A DNA stretch of 64,000 bases, taken from positions 520 through 64,519 of IMG/VR virus record IMGVR_UViG_3300021431_000126; one strand, written 5' to 3'. Source of the DNA: a virus (lineage: Duplodnaviria; Caudoviricetes). The position numbers and the translations under genes are program-made. The notes under the pieces were generated by a model. That model did no database searches, had not been told where the DNA came from, and saw nothing but the letters and a program-made list of their open reading frames with translations. Below, piece by piece: positions 9,589 to 19,450 of the stretch; positions within the stretch are counted from its first letter, which is position 1, and every line of letters begins with the position of its first letter.

Positions 9589-9801
9589 TTATTTCAAAAG
9601 GTTTTTCAGGTTTGTAAGTTCTTCAGCTGTCAAAGTTATTCCCTTGCCCATTTTAGAGTGGTCAGGTGACCATGTCCTAATGTCATACTTTGGCTCACGA
9701 CCATTCCAACTGATAAGATTCAATTCAGTTGTCCAACCTGCTGGGGAAGTGCCCAACACACCCAATGAACTTTTGATTTCAAACTCAATCTTGTTTTCCA
9801 T
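9589..9801 (-). CDS. PC4/YdbC-family ssDNA-binding protein
   Basis: GWTTELNLISWNGREPKYDIRTWSPDHSKMGKGITLT. Confidence 0.92.
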   Translation of the reverse strand: MENKIEFEIKSSLGVLGTSPAGWTTELNLISWNGREPKYDIRTWSPDHSKMGKGITLTAEELTNLKNLLK

Positions 9802-9802
9802 A

Positions 9803-9900
9803 TTTCCTCACTTGTAGGCTTTATCAACCTACATTCATAAATATAAACTAGTTTATAAAAAAAGTAAAGTAGTTTTTTAATTATTTTTAATATTTTTTCT
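9803..9900 (-). promoter_or_regulatory. Early promoter cassette copy 2
   Basis: -35 TTTACT 9863-9868, -10 TATATT 9840-9845, hairpin gtagg...cctac, AAGTGAGG. Confidence 0.8.
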
Positions 9901-11634
9901 TGCTTTATATCGGCTGAGAATACCCTCATTCATGTCACCACTAGTTGAGAATAAACTTTCATCAGTTATATCATCCATAACTTGTTTCATGTCTTTGTTT
10001 CTGCGTTCAAGAGTGTCCATAATATCATTCTCAATACTATTATCAAGAATCAAATAATATGCCATTACAGAATCTGCCTCTTGTCCTATACGGTGCACAC
10101 GATCTTCAGCCTGACAATGAGCAGGTGCTGTATTTCCAAATTCTACAAAACAAGTTGCCCTTGCTTTTGTTAAAGTTAAACCAACACCACTGGCTTTAAT
10201 TTGTCCGATAAAAAGCCAAACATTTTCATCATTCTGAAACTTGTCTACAATATCTTGCCTTTTGTCTGCAGGGGTTTTACCAGTTATTCCCACCGCATGC
10301 TTTCCAAATTCGTTCATTAAGGAATCATATGTGGAATGGTGATAAATAAAGACAACCAACTTTTTTTCCTGCAATTCCAAATAATCTTTAATCCATTGAA
10401 TAACTGCCTTTTGCTTTGCTTCAAAAGCACCTTTTTTAAGTTCTGCAATATGACCCAATTGAGCCTTTTTGTCTTTTTTTCCTGAGATAATATCCTGCTC
10501 AAATTGGTCATCTATTTGGTCATATTTTGCCCTTTCAGCAGGTGTTACATTCATAGGTACAACAGCACGGATTTTTGGTGGTAATTGCTTCAGAACATCT
10601 TTTTTCAATCTGCGTATCATAAACTTGGAAATCATTGAATGTAGTTCTTCAGCATTGCTCAAGCCATCAAACTTCCAACCAAAATAAGTTTTAATTGGGT
10701 CACAATATCTCATAAGATATTTATAGCGATTAGAAAATTGAATTGGGTCAAGAATATGCAGGCAAGTAAAAAATTGACTTGTGCATGTTTCATAAGGTGT
10801 TCCACTTATAAATAATTTTTTAGATTTTTTTACTGCAGAACATATTTGATTTACTGCCCTTGCCCTTATTGTCTCAGGCTCAGCAATATATTGAACTTCA
10901 TCGGCAATAATTGTTCTGAACGGAATCTTGGAAAGTTCATCACACCAACCATAAACTGCAATTGTTTTTTTACGGAATGGTATGCCTGCCTCTTTTGCCT
11001 TTTTACGTCTTAACAACTCTGCCTCTTTTTCAGCCTTATTTTCATTTCCTAGAATATCATAATTGATTATGAAGACAGGATATTTTTCAATAAATTCTTC
11101 TGAAAAATATTCAAGTGTTTTGCCGTTGAGAATGTAGGAATTGAGCCCAGCCCACTTCTTGATTTCATTCTGCCAATTCTGTTTAAGGCTTGCTGAACAA
11201 ATAATAAGTGCAGGCAAACTGTTTTCTTTTAATCTGAGGAACATACTTGCTTGTGGCGTTTTGCCTAGCCCCATATCGTCAGCAAGTAGAATATTTGAAG
11301 ACATAGACAACATTTGTTTTACACCATCTTTTTGAAATGGAAATAATTCATATTTTTTATCAATTGATTTGAAATCAAATTTGCAGTCTTCAATTTTTTC
11401 TTTTTTAGGTTTTTCAGATAGGAATATTTTTGCGGAATCGTCAAATGGATAACCAGCATTGAAAAGTGTTCTTGCATTTTTCTTAGTTGGAGGCAAACAA
11501 TACACACCAATGTCCTGCAAATATTCGCTGTATTCAGATTCTTTGGCTAGTTGTAAAACAACCTTGTAGTTTTTACCACGAGTCAATTGTACACAAAGTC
11601 TTTCACCGTCATAAATAACCATTATCAACCTCAA
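9877..11634 (-). CDS. SNF2-family (SMARCAL1/HARP-like) helicase
   Basis: LADDMGLGKT, IIADEVQY, ISGTP, SGVGLTL, QAEDRVHRIGQ. Confidence 0.93.
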   Translation of the reverse strand: MRLIMVIYDGERLCVQLTRGKNYKVVLQLAKESEYSEYLQDIGVYCLPPTKKNARTLFNAGYPFDDSAKIFLSEKPKKEKIEDCKFDFKSIDKKYELFPFQKDGVKQMLSMSSNILLADDMGLGKTPQASMFLRLKENSLPALIICSASLKQNWQNEIKKWAGLNSYILNGKTLEYFSEEFIEKYPVFIINYDILGNENKAEKEAELLRRKKAKEAGIPFRKKTIAVYGWCDELSKIPFRTIIADEVQYIAEPETIRARAVNQICSAVKKSKKLFISGTPYETCTSQFFTCLHILDPIQFSNRYKYLMRYCDPIKTYFGWKFDGLSNAEELHSMISKFMIRRLKKDVLKQLPPKIRAVVPMNVTPAERAKYDQIDDQFEQDIISGKKDKKAQLGHIAELKKGAFEAKQKAVIQWIKDYLELQEKKLVVFIYHHSTYDSLMNEFGKHAVGITGKTPADKRQDIVDKFQNDENVWLFIGQIKASGVGLTLTKARATCFVEFGNTAPAHCQAEDRVHRIGQEADSVMAYYLILDNSIENDIMDTLERRNKDMKQVMDDITDESLFSTSGDMNEGILSRYKARKNIKNN

Positions 11635-11740
11635 ATAAAAAAGACTGAGTGATATGGAGTAAAATCACTCAGCCATCCACTACTCTTTGTAAGGTAGAAT
11701 AAAACACACTATTTTATTATAGGATAAAACCTACAAAAAA

Positions 11741-12271
11741 TTAAAGTGCACATAAATTAAAGTGGTAGAAATTTCCAATTTCATTCCAAAGGCTTGTTGC
11801 CTGTTCCCTAGACAAATGAAATGTATTCATAGCAAGGGTGATTGAAGGTTTTAACTTGCCTTTTGTCTCCCAAGATCTGCCAAGAATCCATTCAAGCATT
11901 GAATATGCCTCTTTAGACAATTGCTTGAAACCAATTTCAAGAATCTCAGCCAATGAGATGTTTTCAGACTTTGCAGGAATTTTTTCATATACGGATTCAG
12001 ATTCATCGGTACAATATGATTTGAATTCATCTTCCATAAGCATTCCCTGCTGACGCAAATATGTTTTACAGAAATCATTAAGCCGTTTCAATTCCCAAGA
12101 TAAATGAGTGCTGAACTTACTTTGTGACACGTCATAATTTTCAAGGCACTGACAATAAATAAGGAATCCTTGTGATTCAACTTCTTCATAGTCAATGTTC
12201 CATTTGTTAGCATAGAAATGTGCTGATTTTCTAATAAGATTTACATACTGTTCAAACTGACCTTTTTTCAT
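11741..12271 (-). CDS. Sigma70 region-2-like protein (putative phage sigma factor)
   Basis: DYEEVESQGFLIYCQCLENYDVSQSKFSTHLSWELKR parallels region 2.2-2.4 (DLIQEG..L..A..KFD....KFSTYA.WWIR). Confidence 0.7.
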   Translation of the reverse strand: MKKGQFEQYVNLIRKSAHFYANKWNIDYEEVESQGFLIYCQCLENYDVSQSKFSTHLSWELKRLNDFCKTYLRQQGMLMEDEFKSYCTDESESVYEKIPAKSENISLAEILEIGFKQLSKEAYSMLEWILGRSWETKGKLKPSITLAMNTFHLSREQATSLWNEIGNFYHFNLCAL

Positions 12272-12299
12272 TTTAGGTTCTCCATGTGTTTTATTTTTC

Positions 12300-12345
12300 T
12301 TGTATATTAAACTACTTTACTGAAAAAGTAAAGTAGTTTAACAGT
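12300..12345 (-). promoter_or_regulatory. Early promoter cassette copy 3 with perfect inverted repeat
   Basis: aaactactttac-N7-gtaaagtagttt; -35 12327-12332, -10 TAATAT 12304-12309. Confidence 0.75.
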
Positions 12346-12348
12346 TGA

Positions 12349-12972
12349 TTATTTACATTTCAAGGCGACAGTGCATATCTGATTGTTGAGTTTTACATAA
12401 AAACCTCCACCAATCTCATGAGCAACAAATTCAATATTTTTCAACGGCACTGTTTTATAACCTTTCATCTTTTTAAGAATTTGGAAAGCAACCTTGTTTG
12501 AAGTTGCTGGAAGTTTTTTGAACTTATTATTGCCTACATATTTTGCATGACATCTTTCATTTGAGATTTTTGTGATTGCTTCAAAATCGGCTTTATTATC
12601 AACAAACACAGGATTGTAATAAAAATCTGAAATGCAATAAAACATTCTTTCAGAGACAACTTCACCTCTGCCACGCCAAAGTGTTGAGGCATTCTTTACA
12701 TCAACAAATTTTTCAACTACAAGATTCAATCCTTGTTTGCGGAAATTCTCATCACTGATAGAACATCTGTCAACATAGATTACATAAACAGTGTTTCCAC
12801 CGTCATTGGTGAGATTCACCCTCATTTCCTCACCCTGTGATCCACTTGTAGATTCTGCAAGATTAAACACAAAACCGTTCTGAAGATATTCATTTACAAC
12901 TTTGGTGAATTCAACACCAATTCCAGCCTTGTCAAAAAGTTTAATTGTTTTGCCATTAACGATTGTTTTCAT
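12349..12972 (-). CDS. Hypothetical early protein
   Basis: 207-aa ORF right after an early promoter cassette. Confidence 0.7.
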   Translation of the reverse strand: MKTIVNGKTIKLFDKAGIGVEFTKVVNEYLQNGFVFNLAESTSGSQGEEMRVNLTNDGGNTVYVIYVDRCSISDENFRKQGLNLVVEKFVDVKNASTLWRGRGEVVSERMFYCISDFYYNPVFVDNKADFEAITKISNERCHAKYVGNNKFKKLPATSNKVAFQILKKMKGYKTVPLKNIEFVAHEIGGGFYVKLNNQICTVALKCK

Positions 12973-12979
12973 ATTCTAC

Positions 12980-13075
12980 CTCACTTGAAGGACATTTGCT
13001 TGCCCTACACTTATAAATATAAACTACTTTATAAAAAAAGTAAAGAGGTTTTTAATAAATTTTTTTAATTTTTTT
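12980..13075 (-). promoter_or_regulatory. Early promoter cassette copy 4
   Basis: -35 13039-13044, -10 13016-13021, AAGTGAGG RBS. Confidence 0.8.
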
Positions 13076-13434
13076 GAAGAAATTTATATGTTGGAAATTG
13101 AAGAAATTTTATATCAGGTGGTATAAAATTTATGTATAATATATACAGATACTATTTATTATAAATAATAAATAAAAGGGATTTTTGAAATCCCTGAAAT
13201 TATAATCTCCAAAATATTTTTTTGAGATGTATTTACTTTTCTTCAAAAATAATCCTATAATAAATTGTCTTCAGAAAAATCTGCAACTTTTCTGAATTCA
13301 AAAAAAATTTATCTCAGAAATATAAGAGCCTTTTATTGAGTTGCTCATCTCAATATTTGTATTTTCTGAGAGTACATTTATTGAGTTGCAGGGGCAACTC
13401 AATAAAAGGCTTTTTGTTTCTAAAAAGAGGTGCT

Positions 13435-14769
13435 ATGAGTTACGACATTAAAAAATTAAATGAAGTAAAATATTTCAAGCATAACCATATAATAATTCTA
13501 GCATACATGTGCCAATGGATTGCAGGAAAATATCAACCACTTCATCAAGAGTTTGATGGCAGAATGTATTATTGGTTTTCACTTCAGAAAATGGCTGAGG
13601 ATCTGTCCTTGTCATATCAACAGGTTCAACTTGCCTTGCGTAGATTAAAGAATCAAGATAAAAATGTTGATTATGTTACAGAGCCATTGGTGTATCAAAA
13701 AATTGATTATACTAATAATAGAATGTATCTTTCAGTTAATTTACCTGAGTTGAAAAATCTTATTGAATGCAAAAATGAATTGAAAGATTGCAGGATTAAA
13801 ATTGACACACTTCAGAAAAGAATTGGTGGAATGGGACTTTATACAAAGAGGATAGGAAAAATGGGAGCAGAAGCACTTTTTGATATTGAAAAACCTGCAT
13901 ATTGTGTTGAAGCAGACGCAATAGCAAAATTGATTTTGAGAAAATATCCTCAATATTTTTCTCATAGAATTCCTGATGAAAAATCATCTGCAACAAAAAC
14001 ATATGTTTCAATTTGTAGATCTATTGAGGATCTTTACAATGGCAGATTCATTCGTGAAAGAACTTTATGTGAAAACTTTTTGACTAATAAACAATTCAAT
14101 ATTGAGGGTTGGCAATCAAAAATTAAGGCTGTAAAGGGAGATTGGATCGCAGTCAAAAAATTGATTCTTGGTGCATTGAAGAATTTTGTTTTAATGCATG
14201 ATGAAGACAGAATGCCTTATAGTAAAGATTATTTACAGACCAATCTCAATCTTTGGTTTTATGATAATGTGTCGATTCAGGGTGAAGGTCAGTCACAATT
14301 TATTTTGTGCTTATTTGAGCCAGAATACACCAAAAAACACAATTCAGAAGTCAAGGCTGATAAAATCTTTGAAACACTTTCAAATACTGCTAAAAAGGGT
14401 GGAAATGAATTGTTTGAGATGAATACTTCAATGCCTGCTGGATTGTTTTGGGACAAGATAAAAGAAATGGTTGAATGGGGCAAGAGTGCTTTTGAGATTG
14501 AAGACAATATTCAATATTGGATTAGTAGTGCGAGTGAGTTGCCATCCAAGTTTGCAAGTTATTGCAGGGAAAATGACATCACTGTATCTCTAGCAACTGT
14601 TGATATAAAAAAGGCGGTAGAATCTAATGCCCCATGGACTTGGTTTGTAAAAGATGCCTGCATAAAACACGGATTGAATTCAAGCCTTGCAGAATGTGCA
14701 GATGAATCTGATATGATTGATTGTTATAAAAAATTAACATTTGATGATATGGAGTCAGTTGTTTTTTAA
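13435..14769 (+). CDS. Putative replication initiator (N-terminal wHTH)
   Basis: YYWFSLQKMAEDLSLSYQQVQLALRRL wHTH; first gene before MTase/DnaB; GAGGTG RBS before ATG 13435; AT-rich upstream region. Confidence 0.55.
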   Translation: MSYDIKKLNEVKYFKHNHIIILAYMCQWIAGKYQPLHQEFDGRMYYWFSLQKMAEDLSLSYQQVQLALRRLKNQDKNVDYVTEPLVYQKIDYTNNRMYLSVNLPELKNLIECKNELKDCRIKIDTLQKRIGGMGLYTKRIGKMGAEALFDIEKPAYCVEADAIAKLILRKYPQYFSHRIPDEKSSATKTYVSICRSIEDLYNGRFIRERTLCENFLTNKQFNIEGWQSKIKAVKGDWIAVKKLILGALKNFVLMHDEDRMPYSKDYLQTNLNLWFYDNVSIQGEGQSQFILCLFEPEYTKKHNSEVKADKIFETLSNTAKKGGNELFEMNTSMPAGLFWDKIKEMVEWGKSAFEIEDNIQYWISSASELPSKFASYCRENDITVSLATVDIKKAVESNAPWTWFVKDACIKHGLNSSLAECADESDMIDCYKKLTFDDMESVVF

Positions 14770-14779
14770 GAGGTTAAAA

Positions 14780-15489
14780 ATGATTAAATTATATAATCAG
14801 AATTGTAGGGAAATAATAAAAGATGTAAAACCTGAAAAATGTATTATTGTAACAGATCCGCCCTTTAATGTTGGTTATCATTATAATTCTTATAACGATA
14901 ATATGCCTGAAAAAGAATATTATGAAATGCTTGATGAAGTTTTACAAGGCAATTTTATAATCATTCATTATCCTGAAGAAATTTATAAATTTGCAATACA
15001 TAAAGGAATAGCACCACAAAAAGTTATATCTTGGGTGTATAATTCAAATACAGGAAAACAACACAGAGATATTGCATTTTTTAATATCAAACCTGATATG
15101 TCAAAAGTGCGACAGCCTTATAAAAATTTGACAGATAAAAGAATTATTGAAAGAATGAAATCAGATGTGGGGGGGCAAAACTTTATGATTGGTGGAACAT
15201 TAATCAAGTTAAAAATGTGAATAAAGAAAAAACAGAACATCCATGTCAAATGCCTCTTGAGGTAATGAAAAATATTATAGGCATTCTGCCTGAGGATTAT
15301 ACAATATTGGATCCATTTATGGGTAGTGGTACAACAGGTGTTGCCTGCAAATTATTGGGTAGGGATTTTATTGGAATTGAACTTGATAAAAAATATTTTA
15401 AGATTGCAGAACAAAGAATAAATAATGGATTTGTTCAAAAAGATGTTACTGATGAAAAATTAAGTTCATTGCCTTTATTCCTAGAATAA
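14780..15489 (+). pseudogene. Beta-class N4-C/N6-A DNA methyltransferase split by a frameshift at a G7 tract (15169-15175)
   Basis: VTDPPF in the 5' frame; AKLYDWWNINQVKN..HPCQMP..ILDPFMGSGTTG in the -1 frame. Confidence 0.85.
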
Positions 15490-15503
15490 AGTTGAGGTAT
15501 AAA

Positions 15504-16937
15504 ATGCGCAGAGAAAAATTGAACACACTGAATGAGCGTGACTTGACTCTTGGTTTAATAACTTCTGATAAATTCTGCAAAGAGGTTGTTCCAATTCTCA
15601 ATCCTAGACATTTGGAAATAGACTATACAAGAATCATTTCAGGCTGGATAAAAGACTATGTAAACAAATTTGGAGTGGCACCAAAAAAGGATATTTTGAA
15701 ATTATATCGTGCTCACGTTGAAGAAGTTACTGATGAAAGTTTGCAGGATAACATATTGACTTTTATCGAGAAAATAGCAAAGGATTTTGAGAGCCAAAAG
15801 ACATTCAACGATGATTATGCGATTCAGCAGGCAATTCAATATTTGAAATCTAGGTCATTGAAGAACTTTTCTGAAGATATAGATTCATTCTTGACTACTG
15901 GTGAAATAGGCAAGGCTGAAGCACTTATCACCAAATATCGTAAAGTGGAAAAGGAAAGTGGTGAGGGTGTATCCATTCTTGACGATTCTGAAACTGTCTT
16001 GAATGCTTTCACTGAAGAGCAGGACAAGTTGTTTGCTTTTGACGGTGCTTTTGGACGGTTGGTTGGTGATATTCATAGAGAGGATTTTGTGGCATTCCTT
16101 GCCCCAATGAAAGCAGGTAAAACATTCCAACTAATTGATTGTGGAATTGAAGCATTGAAAAATGGTTTGAATATTGTTTTCTTTTCACTTGAAATGAGTA
16201 GAACAAACATGATAAAACGTATTTGGAAAGCATTGTCAGGTCAGGTAACAGAGGACACTGAATTGACAATTCCTTATTTTGCTGAAGATGGTTCCAAATG
16301 GGTCATTGAAAATAAAACTACTTTGAAAAAAGCAAGTTCAATTTTGGAAATAGAGAAAAAGCAGAAGTCATTAAAAAGAATGTTCAGAGGTGGTTCGTTC
16401 AAGGTGTTTGCTGAGCCTGCATATAGTTTGACTGTAGAATCCTTAGAAACAAAACTTGATGACTTGGTTCATGATGGATTTATGCCTGATGTAATTATTA
16501 TTGATTATGCAGACATAATGATGCCAAGCGATAGAAATGCTGAATTGCGCAATCAGTTAGATGGCATTTGGAAAAGATTGCGTGCTATGGCTCAGAAAAG
16601 AAAAGCAGTTGTATTTACTGCAAGCCAAACTAATCGTGGTGCAATATCTAGGGAAGTTGAAGCAGAGGACATTGCTGAGGATATTAGAAAATTGGCTCAT
16701 GTTACATCTATGGTATCAATCTCAAAAACAAAATACTGCAAAGAAAATAGCCTTGCTATTTTCTCTCAGTTGGCTGTTCGTGAGGGTGAGCCTGAGATGA
16801 GAAAAGTTATAGCAACTCAGTGTCTTGCCCTTGGTAGACCTGTATTGGATTCTCATTGGAAAGATGATGTTATTTTAGATTCTGATGATGAGAATAAAGA
16901 TGATGAAAATTCGGAAGTGAAGAGGAAAAAGAAATGA
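15504..16937 (+). CDS. DnaB-like replicative helicase
   Basis: APMKAGKT, FSLEM, IIIDYADIM, TASQTNR. Confidence 0.9.
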   Translation: MRREKLNTLNERDLTLGLITSDKFCKEVVPILNPRHLEIDYTRIISGWIKDYVNKFGVAPKKDILKLYRAHVEEVTDESLQDNILTFIEKIAKDFESQKTFNDDYAIQQAIQYLKSRSLKNFSEDIDSFLTTGEIGKAEALITKYRKVEKESGEGVSILDDSETVLNAFTEEQDKLFAFDGAFGRLVGDIHREDFVAFLAPMKAGKTFQLIDCGIEALKNGLNIVFFSLEMSRTNMIKRIWKALSGQVTEDTELTIPYFAEDGSKWVIENKTTLKKASSILEIEKKQKSLKRMFRGGSFKVFAEPAYSLTVESLETKLDDLVHDGFMPDVIIIDYADIMMPSDRNAELRNQLDGIWKRLRAMAQKRKAVVFTASQTNRGAISREVEAEDIAEDIRKLAHVTSMVSISKTKYCKENSLAIFSQLAVREGEPEMRKVIATQCLALGRPVLDSHWKDDVILDSDDENKDDENSEVKRKKK

Positions 16938-17143
16938 TATATACATTTGAATGTCAAAAATGCAAATACAAAGAGGAAGTTGAAATTCCAATGTCAGAAT
17001 ATGACAAAGAAAAGAATAAGCAACTTTGTAAAAAATGCGGGAATCCTGCACCGATGATTAGAGTGTTTGAGCCAATCGGCTTGACCGTGTATAATTGTCG
17101 AGGATTCTATGACACAGATTCGAGAGGGGTTATGGGAAGATGA
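16934..17143 (+). CDS. FmdB-family zinc-ribbon protein
   Basis: YTFECQKC...CKKCG...GFYDTD. Confidence 0.8.
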   Translation: MIYTFECQKCKYKEEVEIPMSEYDKEKNKQLCKKCGNPAPMIRVFEPIGLTVYNCRGFYDTDSRGVMGR

Positions 17144-17334
17144 AAACGGCAATGTTTATAATAGCGATTGTTGATTTGATATTTTTAATTTATGGTTTAA
17201 TCGCAAATCAAATAAAAATTGATGTAAAAGATTATTCCAAATTTTATGAGGTTCAAGCATATGTAATTGTTTATGGTATATTGATAATGACCGTGGTGCT
17301 TTGTATCCTAAGTATTATTTCAAAATTTATTTGA
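17140..17334 (+). CDS. Small two-TM protein
   Basis: Two hydrophobic helices. Confidence 0.55.
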   Translation: MKTAMFIIAIVDLIFLIYGLIANQIKIDVKDYSKFYEVQAYVIVYGILIMTVVLCILSIISKFI

Positions 17335-17335
17335 G

Positions 17336-18241
17336 GTGGAGAAAATGACTGAAAATGAGTTTATGTTGCAGGATAGAATTACAAAAATAAAATCAATCAA
17401 TGAAAAGTATGACTTGGAAAATAATGCATATGTTTCATTCTCAGGCGGAAAAGATTCAACTGTATTGCATTATTTACTTGATGAAGCACTTCCAAATAAT
17501 AAGATTCCAAGAGTGTATATTAACACTGGGATTGAATATAATTCAATAATAAAGTTTGTAAAAGAACTTGCGGAAACAGATGAAAGAATAATTATAAAAT
17601 CGCCAAAAATAAATATCAGAGATATGCTTGAAAAATATGGTTATCCATTTAAGAGCAAAAAGCATTCTCATGTATTGGCAATTTATCAGAGCAATGGAAT
17701 GAGCAGGAATCCGTCTGTATATTTGACTCAAACTGGTAGATATGGTTGCCCGCAAAAATTGAAATATCAATTCACTGAAGACTTCAAATTGAAAGTCTCT
17801 GAAAAATGTTGTTACAAATTAAAAAAAGAGCCTATGCATGAATTTGAAGTGGAATCTGGCAGAACAATATTCATGAGCGGTATGAGAGCCGATGAGGGTG
17901 GGGCAAGAATTTCATTGAATTGTATTTATACTGATAAAGATAATTCATTGAGAAAATTTCACCCTTTGTTACCTGTTAATGAAGATTTTGAAAAATGGTT
18001 TATAGATAAAATAAACAAAAGATTTGCTGATGTTTATTATCCACCATATAACTTTGAAAGAACTGGTTGCAAGGGTTGCCCATATAGCAGAAATCTTCAA
18101 AAAGACCTAGAAACAATGTCAGTGTTTTTACCTGCTGAAAGAAAACAGTGTGAAGTTATTTGGAAACCTGTCTATGATGAATATCGCAGAATTGGTTATA
18201 GACTTAAAAAAGAGGATGAATTCAAATTATTTGATTTTTGA
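17336..18241 (+). CDS. PAPS-reductase-family (PP-loop, Fe-S) protein
   Basis: VSFSGGKDS, CCYKLKKEP, GMRADEG, RTGCKGCP. Confidence 0.88.
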   Translation: MEKMTENEFMLQDRITKIKSINEKYDLENNAYVSFSGGKDSTVLHYLLDEALPNNKIPRVYINTGIEYNSIIKFVKELAETDERIIIKSPKINIRDMLEKYGYPFKSKKHSHVLAIYQSNGMSRNPSVYLTQTGRYGCPQKLKYQFTEDFKLKVSEKCCYKLKKEPMHEFEVESGRTIFMSGMRADEGGARISLNCIYTDKDNSLRKFHPLLPVNEDFEKWFIDKINKRFADVYYPPYNFERTGCKGCPYSRNLQKDLETMSVFLPAERKQCEVIWKPVYDEYRRIGYRLKKEDEFKLFDF

Positions 18242-18288
18242 ATCCTATAATAAAATACAAACTACTTTTAATTTGGAGGAAATAGAAC

Positions 18289-19383
18289 ATGACTATTTCA
18301 AGAAAAGAATTGCTGGAAAGTCTTAAAAGAGCAATGCCAGCGATTGAGACAGGAACACCAACATTGCAGGGTGCTGACGCATTTGTTTTCCATGATGGAA
18401 AAATCTTCAGTTACAACGATTCAATTGCGGTGTTTGTTCCTTTGACAACAACAGGCTTGGTTGATGAAGACATCGAGGGTGCTGTACATGCTGATGAGTT
18501 CTTCAAAGTTATTTCCAAATTCTCAGGCGATGAAATTAATTTTGCCGTTACAGGAAATAACACTTGGATCTTGAAGTGCGGAAAAGCAAAGGCAGAAATG
18601 ACCTTAATGGACTTTGATTTCACTACAAGATTGCAGGGAGTAACACCTGACGAAAATGCTTGGGTGAAGATTGCTGATGAGTTTGTAAACGGAATTGGTG
18701 CTTGTAAAATGGCTGTAAACAAAACACCATTGGCTGGAATCTACATCAAAGGCAAAACGATCCTTTCAACTGATGGTTATCAGATTAACAAGTTTGAAAT
18801 GAAAGATACAGACCTGCCAACACTTTGGATTTCAGATAATTCAGCAACTGAACTTCTGAAAATTAAAGGCTTGACTGATATGCAGTTGCAGGGAACTTGG
18901 GCACACTTCAAGAGTGCTGACGGAACTGTATTCAGCATTAAAACTTTGCAGGCTGAAAAATTCCCATTTGATAGAATTATTGCCTTGCTTGATACCAGCA
19001 AGCCAAAAGATGGAGATTTTCACGCATCATTCCCAACTGAATTATTTGAGGCAATTGACCGTGCGAATTCCTTTGCTATTGATATTTCAGAACACTCTGC
19101 TGTCCGCTTGGTTATTTCAAATCAGCATATTGAAGTATCATCTGAAAGAAGTTCAGGAAAGTATTCAGAAAAGGTTGCTTGGGGTGAGGGTCAGGAACTT
19201 AAAGAAACAATTGAACCAATGACTGTATACGTTGATGCAACTATGATGTCATTTATGGCTAAACGTTCATTGGAATTCTATCTTCAGAAGTTTACTGCAA
19301 AATCAGGCAAAGTGATTCCTAGATTGCTGTTTGTTTCAGATTCTAGTTGTCACTTGATGACTACTTTCACCATGAGTGAATAG
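18289..19383 (+). CDS. DNA polymerase III beta-like sliding clamp
   Basis: ISRKELLESLKRA start, STDGY, FP motif, about 365 aa, next to the polymerase. Confidence 0.75.
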   Translation: MTISRKELLESLKRAMPAIETGTPTLQGADAFVFHDGKIFSYNDSIAVFVPLTTTGLVDEDIEGAVHADEFFKVISKFSGDEINFAVTGNNTWILKCGKAKAEMTLMDFDFTTRLQGVTPDENAWVKIADEFVNGIGACKMAVNKTPLAGIYIKGKTILSTDGYQINKFEMKDTDLPTLWISDNSATELLKIKGLTDMQLQGTWAHFKSADGTVFSIKTLQAEKFPFDRIIALLDTSKPKDGDFHASFPTELFEAIDRANSFAIDISEHSAVRLVISNQHIEVSSERSSGKYSEKVAWGEGQELKETIEPMTVYVDATMMSFMAKRSLEFYLQKFTAKSGKVIPRLLFVSDSSCHLMTTFTMSE

Positions 19384-19450
19384 TTCAATTTTTTGAATTA
19401 AGATTTAAGGGTGTATTTTGTCTACACCCTTTTTTATTTGGAGAAAAAAT

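Noticed and set aside
13074-13125. Iteron-like TTGAAGAAATTT(T)ATAT duplication as the replication origin
   Set aside because: Only two copies in very AT-rich DNA; plausible but not supportable from sequence alone.
13336-13434. Upstream TTG start of the initiator ORF in the track
   Set aside because: The RBS GAGGTG precedes ATG 13435, and the extension overlaps the structured leader.
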